DNA of 32,902 bases from Geosiphon pyriformis uo1 (Eukaryota; Fungi; Glomeromycota). Where the stretch lies: NCBI GenBank assembly GCA_016748015.1, contig JAAOMT010000176.1, positions 462,705-495,606 of the forward strand, written 5' to 3'. Within the stretch, counting starts at the first letter, position 1. Every line of letters starts with the position of its first letter. The notes beneath the pieces were generated by a model. That model was not told where the DNA came from, made no database searches, and worked only from the letters and a program-made list of their open reading frames with translations. A program made the translations under genes and the position numbers. Positions 25,301 through 32,902 of the stretch are shown one piece after another.

Positions 25301-25770
25301 TTAATGCAGCATACAACAGTGTTCTCAACAAACTTTATCACTACCCCCATGATGCTGAGATGATTTTCAATCTAGCAATAGCATTAATTAATGGAGCTAC
25401 CAAAGAAGATGTTCGCCAAATGAAAAAAGCAGAATATATTGAATACACCATGGAATTAGCTGGATTCGATTATGAAGATGAAGTAGAAGTCTACTACCAA
25501 ATTGCAAGTCACACCTACCCAACTCAAGAAGCTTAAATTCAACGATTAAAGCAAATGAACATTAGGCTATGTGAAGAATGCATTATGCTTTGTGATGAAC
25601 AGTGGTGTCCTGAATGCTATGCTCTTATTATCCCCTTGTCCAGTGAAAATGATGAGAATAAAATTGAATTTGGAGAACCTGAAGCAACAGAAGAAATTGA
25701 AACAACACCTATCTACCTTATCAAAAATCAGCCTGCCTTACAACTTAAATACTTCAACAACAACGGACAA

Positions 25771-26172
25771 GGAATAAAACCCAAAAAAGCACACGAAATT
25801 GATGCTGAATATGACCTAAAATATTCAGGCAAGGATACTCTTGTTCTCAAACCCAAATCTCTCACAAAAATCAACCTCAAAATTGCACTCAAAATCCCGC
25901 CAAGAGCAATGGTTCAAATTACCTCCCAGTCCTCTCTGGCAAGCAAAGAAATCAATGTCAGAGGAGGAATAATCGATGCTGGATATACTGGAGACATTAC
26001 AGTGATGCTTTAAAATGAAACTGACAAACCATTCAAGATTGAACATGCTGAAAAAATTGCCCAAGCTATTTACCTACCCTTAATCAACATTTTGGGTTTG
26101 AAACTAGTCAATTAAAGAGAACAATTAGGAAAAAGTGATAGAGAAACCCAAGATTTTGGTTCAACTGGACGA
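25771..26172 (+). other. dUTPase domain in inner pol
   Basis: AHEIDAEYDL, SQSSLA, GGIIDAGYTGDI, KIAQ, DRETQDFGSTG. Confidence 0.93.
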
Positions 26173-28069
26173 TTCACAGTTCCAGTTAATATAGCTCTTA
26201 ACATACAGAATGAATCCCACCAGATTCTCAGACTTCCACAACCAATTACCATCTCACCCTTTGGAGAACATCCAGAAATTTACACCTGCCCAAAACCAAC
26301 AACCACACAACAAATTTTTGAGTCCAATGAACAAGTCTGTTTGGAACATAATATTTCAATCCCAAACATTTATATTCCAGAAGGAACAAAAAAAGTCCAA
26401 GTTACTTTTTACAATCCCAATAATTACCCCATAATTTTATTAAATAATTTAGAAATTGGAGTTATTCACAGTAATATATTTCAACAAGAATTATCCCAAA
26501 CAGTCCCCAATTTCTCTGAAATTATTGGACATTCAATACCAAAAATCAACCCAAACCCCAGCTCCGAAAACTACCATGTTGCCATGGAAAAACTATCTCG
26601 AATCAACATGGGACAACTTGAACCACAACAACAGACCCAGCTCAAAGAGCTAATTGCAGAATTTGCCGATATCTTCGCTGAAAACAACAATGACTTAGGA
26701 AGAACCAATTTGGTCTAACACCAAATTTATACAGGAGATGCCAAACCAAGAAAACAACAAGCATATCAAATTGCTCTAGAAAGTCACCAATTCATTTGAA
26801 AAGAAGTACAACGAATGCTTAACAATGGGCTCATTCAACCCTCCATGAGTCCTTGGGCTTCACCTGTAGTGCTAGTTAAAAAAAAAAATGGAAAGATCTG
26901 ATTTTGTGTTGACTATCAACAACTCAACAGTGTTACAATTGGAGACACCTACCCTCTTCCCCAGATTAATGACATGTTAGATGCTCTTGGAAAATCCAAA
27001 TACTTTTCAACACTAGATTTAGAAAGTGGTTACTGGCAAGTTGCTATGGATCCCAAAAATCACCCCAAAACAGCATTCACCACTCAAGATGGAAATTACG
27101 AGTTTAATGTAATGCCTTTTGGATTATGCAATGCACCAGCAACATTTCAGAGATTAATAGATGTTGTGTACCAAGGACTTCTTTGGAAATCAGTAGTCGT
27201 TTATCTTGATAATACTGATGTTTATTCTCCATCGTTCGAATTACACTTAAAACACATGTGAGAAGTTTTTCAACGATTACGAAAAGCAAGACTAAAACTC
27301 AATATCAAAAAATGCTACTTTGGAAAAACAAGCCTGGCCTTCCTTGGTCATATTGTTAGTAAAGATGGAATTAAACCAGATCCTAGAAAAATTAGCGTTG
27401 TCAAAAACTTCAAAACTTTTCGAAACACTACAGAATTAAGAGAATTCATAGGATTAGCATCCTACTATCGGAAGTTTATCAAAGGATTTTCAGAAATTGC
27501 AAAACCTCTCAACCAGCTCACCACCAAAAACGTTGAATACAAATAGACTACCGAACACCAAAAAGCTTTTGAAATTCTCAAGAAAAAACTGACAACAGCT
27601 CCAATTCTCACCTACCTGGATTTCAGCAACCAATTTCGACTAGCTATAGATGCTTTATATACTGTCTTTGGTGCCATCTTATCACAACTAGATGACAACG
27701 GAAATGAGCGAGTAATTGCTTATGCTAGCAGAACATTAAAACCAGCTGAAAAAAACTACCCTGCCACAGAACTAGAAACAGCAGCCATAATTTGGGCCCT
27801 ATACTATTTCAATCTTTATCTCAGGCCTAAAGAATTCGATATTATTATTGATAATATTGGACTCAAATGGCTTCAGAACAAAAATACTCAGCTGAATGCA
27901 AAACAAACCTGATGGACAGAATTTCTAGCAAACTATCAATACATAGTACATCACAAACCAAGAAAACTCCACACCAATGTTGACTGTCTCTCCAGAATGA
28001 GACAAGATTAGAAAAACACAAAAAAAAAAACCAACACTCAACTTAACCAACCAAAAGAGCCAACAAACA

Positions 28070-29455
28070 ATGAATTTGGAAAATTACAATGATCTTAAAC
28101 AATATTTGGAAACATTAACAATCCCAACAGATTGGTCTCCAAATGAAAAACATCGACTACAACAACAAGCCAAACAATATTTTTTACACAACGACATTAT
28201 TTATTACCGAAATTTCAAAAACCCAGACAAACCACTCAGATTAATACAAGAACAGGAAAAAGAGACTATATTATACAATATGCACTCAGATCCTTCATCA
28301 GCCCACTTCGGAAAAGACAACACCATCCAAAAAACACTAGAATACTACTTTTGGTCTCGAATGAGAAAAGACATTCACGAATATGTCAAATCTTGTGATA
28401 GTTGTCAAAGAAGAGAAGGAACTTGCTTTACAGAACCTTTAAACCCAATCAAAGTTGGACAGCCTTTTGACAGAGTTGGTATTGATTTAGTCGGACCACT
28501 ACCTATTACAAACCAAGGAAACTGCTACATTGCAGTAGCCATAAACTATCTCACCAAATGGCCTAAAGCCAGAGCCATTCAACAAGCAGATGCGAAATCA
28601 GTAGCAAACTTTATCTACAAAGACATTATTTGTAGACATGGATGCCCAATAGAACTTTTATCTGATTAAGGAACACATTTCGTGAACAATTTAATCTAGG
28701 AAATTTGTGGACGATTTAATGTCAAGAGACCATTATCTTCACCCTACCATCCATAAACAAATGGACTGGTAGAACAGTTCAACAGAACATTGTGTGAATC
28801 ATTAGCCAAAGTTTCAACCAATTTTGAGCAAAAATGAGATCTTTTTATTCCATCAGTATTACTAGCATATAAAACACTAAAACAAAATACCACAAAACAC
28901 ACACCATTTAATTTAACTTATAGAAGGATGGCAATGTTACCAATTAGTTTCACAGTGGAAACATACCCAGCACAACCAATCAATGAAAACAATTTCCAAG
29001 AAACACTTCAACGAAGAGTCTACACTCTGCTTAGCACATTAAAAAGAAAACAACGAATAGCAGCCACTCATATTGAACACTCCCAAGCTCAACAAAAAGA
29101 ACGGCATGATAACAAATTGCCTCTAGTCACCAATGAATTTAAAATTGGAAACAAAGTTCTTTTACACAGAACTAAAGCCGAAAAACAATGAAGTAGAAAA
29201 TTTGAAAATAAATGGGATGAACCATTCTTTATCCATGAAGTTTTAGGCAACAGATCATACAAGCTAAGACTTGATGACAAAATTCTAGCAAAAGTTGCAC
29301 ATGGAAATCGTTTGAAACACTATAATTCCAGAAACAATCCTGAACCATTAATTCCACAAATTGGTACACATTTCCTTTTAATCAATCCCGAAGACATTCT
29401 CTGAAATTTAGAACCAATAGTTGTCATTGAACAGCCTCACAACTTTAACACTTAA
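28070..29455 (+). pseudogene. Integrase of inner element (separate ORF, 461 codons, with stops)
   Basis: HSDPSSAH...CDSC zinc finger; D (GIDLVG), D (LLSD*G), E (NGLVE); WDEPF motif. No chromodomain apparent. Confidence 0.93.
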
Positions 29456-29576
29456 TTTAAATTTATTATTATGGTTATCTTCTTATAATTTAGAAACAAT
29501 CTCACAAAAACAAAACAAAAATAACATAAAAACTCATGCACCAAAAATAATTTTTTTTTATTTCAAATTGCTTATA

Positions 29577-30296
29577 ATAACTATTCCTCAAAACATTCAA
29601 CAATTATCCCAAAAACTAATGTTAGCTTTAAAAACAATACCCGAATTATCCATTACTGTTACTGGAAACCACATTAATTATACCTAAACAGAAGTAGTTA
29701 CAAATTTAGCCCCAAATTCACGAAAATATCACCCGTATAAGAAGAACACAAGAAGTTATACTGGAATTCACCTGCCAGAACTTTTAAAACTTGCTTTAAG
29801 AAAAAATCTAATGCTCACTCCGATTAGTATTCCACCAAATACTACAATTCAACAAAGACTTCAACTGTGTCTCAATGAGGAAAACACTAAATATCCTCCA
29901 ATCTATAGATATTTTCACATTGGAAAAACACTCTATGAACGGAAACTGGAACTTACAACAGTAAATCTCATAAAAGAAGCTATTTAGAAACAACTCCACA
30001 ACAAATTCAAGACAACAGCTAGATCAACAAACAGTCGCTACAGGCTCAGAGCTGCTCTTAGACTTTATGACCTATTTCACATCTGTGAAAACGTATTACA
30101 AAACCCTATTTTTCAACCTTTGAAGATTCAATATATTGGAAAGCTCACAGAACTGAAATTTCAACAATTTTCAGACCAAATTTCTTCAATAATTTTGGAT
30201 TATTATCTGGAAATGACAAATAGTACTTGGACTTCGATGGAGCTCAGTCTTGAGGAGAAGGTTATGTTACCAGACAAAATTAGAGATATTATTTAG
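29577..30296 (+). pseudogene. Accessory ORF3 of inner element (ATG>ATA, internal stops)
   Basis: Collinear with 13419-14138 and of identical length. Confidence 0.8.
30252..30261 (+). other. Polypurine tract of inner element
   Basis: GAGGAGAAGG followed by TTA, before the 3' LTR. Confidence 0.85.
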
Positions 30297-31246
30297 CATA
30301 AAATTATCTTATAATTCCTATCATTAATTAGCATATATTATCGTTTCAAATTATCACTTATTACATTAGCAAAAAACGTCCGAAATTATCATTTAATTAA
30401 TAACCCAAATCGTACACAACACAAATGTAACCTAATTGCGATGATCAATTATGCAATACCTCAAAATATGTAACATTCAAAAGTTTGCCAAAATTTGTAG
30501 AAATTCACTGAAATAATTGATAGTTCACCAAAATATCTAATAGTTCACAGAAATAACTTGTAGTTTACCGAAATGTATCTTTAGTTTAGCAAAATTGTAG
30601 AAAAGAGCAAAGTTCAAGTTTATAGAATAGTGTTATGACAAGTTGTATAAAAGAAGAGCTTCTCTTTTCGAGAAAATGTATCTTACTTTAGATTTATCAC
30701 TTAGAACCATTCTTACACACAAAAAGAAATAAATATCAAATAATTCGAAAAACCAAACTTTTTAAATTATTGCACTTGGAAAATCCTCAAAAACCCAATT
30801 AACGTTTTGAAATTGATTAGCTACCAATTTCAGTAAACTGTTAGTGACTCCAGGCCTGGATAGAAAACGTTTCCCTTAACAAAATTCTATTTTTTTTACA
30901 TTTTTTTTATTTTTTTCTTTTCTTTTCTTATTACAATCATTTGGGTAGCCTACAGACAAGATTTCTGTAGAAGAGTTGACTTTGACAGCAAAGTAACTAT
31001 ACATTTTAGTGAGCTTCCAGACAAGCAATTTTTAGGAAAGAGTTGACGTTTACTACAATGTAACTACATAAAGTAACTGGCACAAAATTGGCCATTCCAC
31101 TCATAAGCCCAGCAATTCAAATTATAGGAGATAATTTGAAGAGAAAGTTCAGTTACTGGAGGTTCAACCACATCCAGAAAACGTGAATTCACAGCAAACA
31201 GGTATCAACAACATTACAGAAAAGAGACCAAAAACCTCCAGTAACA
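30265..31246 (+). repeat. 3' LTR of inner element
   Basis: TGTTACCAGA...TCCAGTAACA. Follows the PPT. Confidence 0.96.
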
Positions 31247-31253
31247 CTGTGTT

Positions 31254-31273
31254 ATTTCTGTAGAAGAGCACCA
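31254..31273 (-). other. Primer-binding site of outer element
   Basis: Minus strand TGGTGCTCTTCTACAGAAAT, 2 nt after the outer 5' LTR. Confidence 0.8.
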
Positions 31274-31275
31274 AA

Positions 31276-32255
31276 TGTTACTGGAGGTTTTTGGTCTCTT
31301 TTCCTAAATGTTGTTGATGTCTGTTTGCTGTGAATTCACGTTTTCTGGATGTGGTTTAACCTCCAGTAACTGAATTTATCTTCAAATTATTTCTTATAAT
31401 TTGAACTGCTGGGCTTATAAGTGGAATAGCCAATTCCTTGCCAGTTACTTTATGTAGTTACATTGTAGTAAATGTCAACTCTTTCCCAGGAATTGCTTAT
31501 CTAGAAGCTCACTAAAAATGTGTAGATACTTTGCTGTGAAAGTCAACTCTTCTACAGAAATCTTGTCTGTAGGCTACCCTAATGATTATAATAAGAAAAT
31601 AAAAGAAAAATAAAAGAAAATGTAAAAGAAATACAATTTTATCAAGGGAAACGTTTTTTATCCAGGCCTGAAGTCACTAACAGTTTACTGAAATTGGTAG
31701 CTAATCAATTTCAAAACGTTAGTTGGGTTTTGGGGATTTTCTAAGTGCAATAATTAAAGAATTTGGTTTTTCAAATTATTTGATATTTATTTCTTTTTGT
31801 GTGTATAGGAATGGTTCTAAGTGATAAATCTAAAGTAAAATACATTTTCTCAAAGAAAGAAGCTCTTTTTTTATACAACTTGTCATAACACTATTCTATG
31901 AACTTGAACTTTGCTCTTTTCTACAATTTTGCTGAACTAAAAATACATTTCGGTGAATTACAAGTTATTTCTGTGAACTATTAAATATTTCGGTAAACTA
32001 TCAATTATTTTGGTGAATTTCTACAAATTTCAGTGAATTTTTGAATGTTACATATTTTGGGGTATTGCATGATTGATCATCGCACTTAGGTTACATTTGT
32101 GTTATGTACAAATTGGGTTATTAATTAAATAATAATTTCGGACATTTTGCTAATGTAATAAGTGATAATTTGAAATGATAATATATGCTAATTAATGATA
32201 AGATTTATAAGGGTAATTTCATGCTAAACAATATCTCTAATTTTGTCTGGTAACA
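31276..32255 (-). repeat. 5' LTR of outer element (980 bp)
   Basis: Direct repeat of 12472-13450. Adjacent to the PBS. Confidence 0.96.
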
Positions 32256-32385
32256 CCGATCTGTTTCTGGAAATGCTCATCAGTTTGTATGGTATCTATT
32301 TGATGCTGTTAATTTTGTTGGCTGGAAGTCCAAGTGTATGGGTGGCATCATTGATTTGAATCTTGTCGAACAATTTAATATGCAT
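32256..32385 (+). pseudogene. Continuation of LINE B ORF2 after the gypsy insertion
   Basis: Frame continues across the TSD: ...FIAMES|RSVSGNAHQFVWYLFDAVNFVGWKSKC. Same GT-rich composition as LINE B. Confidence 0.75.
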
Positions 32386-32902
32386 TGTTATGGTTTAAGA
32401 ATTTAGCAAAAAGAATCATAAAAATAATACAAACTATTCAATCATAATATAGCACAATAATGATCTTAGAAAGATAATGATTAACATAGTAGCAAACACC
32501 ATTTCGCGATAGTGGCAAGCACCAGTTCACAATAGCAGCCAACACCAACTGGTGATAGCAGCAAACACCAGATTGAAATATCAAAAAGAAAGTATTACAA
32601 TGTGTTTTCTCGTAGAACTATAAACATGTATATATACAGTAGTTTTAATATTGGAAAATAATTAATCAAGTAATAAAAATCATAACTTATCAAGCAATAG
32701 ATCCAATTTTATCCAACAAACTCCACTTTAAATCATACTTTCAAATTAAATATCCCAAGAAACTTTTAAAATCAAAAAGAAATGAAAAAGAATATTTAAA
32801 ACTGAACTATCACAACCCAAAGTATTAGGAAACTTACTTGTATTATTTATTGAATGAAACTATCATTTATCAACTGAATCCCTTGGAAGAATAATCCTTG
32901 AT
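32386..32902. mobile_element. Possible LTR end of a different element interrupting LINE B again
   Basis: Abrupt composition switch at TGTTATGG, non-coding, and contains a tandem array. The partner LTR would be outside the window. Confidence 0.4.
32486..32577 (+). repeat. 4 x 23-bp degenerate tandem repeat (ATAGYRGCMARCACCA plus 7 variable nt)
   Basis: Units start at 32486, 32509, 32532 and 32555. Confidence 0.85.

Larger units (their letters stand above)
22348..28011 (+). pseudogene. Single-frame gag-PR-Cys-rich-dUTPase-RT-RNase H polyprotein (~1888 codons) with nonsense lesions
   Basis: All sense fragments lie in frame 1. Gag knuckle CHYCGISGHWKRDC (23830-23871), protease LILDSGS (~24470), RT VYLDNT, RNase H IDALY...ELE...IIDN. 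Stop at 28009. Confidence 0.94.
21366..31246 (+). mobile_element. Inner Ty3/gypsy LTR retrotransposon (9881 bp), same family, inverted orientation
   Basis: 982-bp LTRs. Perfect 4-bp TSD CTGT at 21362-21365 and 31247-31250. Removing it restores the outer leader, which matches the inner copy's own leader at 22360-22410. Confidence 0.97.
12472..32255 (-). mobile_element. Outer Ty3/gypsy LTR retrotransposon (full length, interrupted by the nested copy at 21366-31246)
   Basis: Two ~980-bp LTRs with TG...CA ends, PBS, PPT, and gag-PR-RT-RH-IN order. Flanks CCAA (12468-12471) and CCGA (32256-32259) form a 4-bp TSD with one CpG transition. Confidence 0.96.

Noticed and set aside
12472-31246. Large inverted duplication as an assembly artefact or DNA-transposon TIRs
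   Set aside because: The arms are clearly diverged, and each element has its own LTR pair and TSD.
32486-32577. CRISPR-like repeat-spacer pattern
   Set aside because: Degenerate 16-bp repeats with 7-nt gaps, no cas genes, eukaryotic TE context.

Overview
Eukaryotic, transposon-only window. It contains no host genes, RNA genes or CRISPR array. Protein style and AT richness suggest an arbuscular-mycorrhizal/Glomeromycota-type fungus (inference). It is a stack of nested insertions. An old, C>T/G>A-hypermutated and internally deleted Ty3/gypsy relic (1921-6610) is flanked by two divergently oriented LINEs: LINE A (231-1920, minus) and LINE B (6611-12471 plus 32256-32385, plus; APE-RT-RNase H). 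LINE B is split by a full-length Ty3/gypsy element (12472-32255, minus; TSD CCAA/CCGA). That element is itself split just after its PBS by an inverted full-length copy of the same family (21366-31246, plus; TSD CTGT). A further LTR of the family interrupts LINE A at 1-230. The gypsy family has an unusual, complex-retrovirus-like layout: an AUG-less ~255-codon extension in frame with gag; a single gag-PR-Cys-rich domain-dUTPase-RT-RNase H frame; integrase in a separate ORF; a 239-aa accessory ORF3 running through the PPT into the 3' LTR; and a highly structured LTR 3' end with co-varying bulged hairpins and PBS-LTR complementarity. Almost all ORFs carry nonsense lesions.
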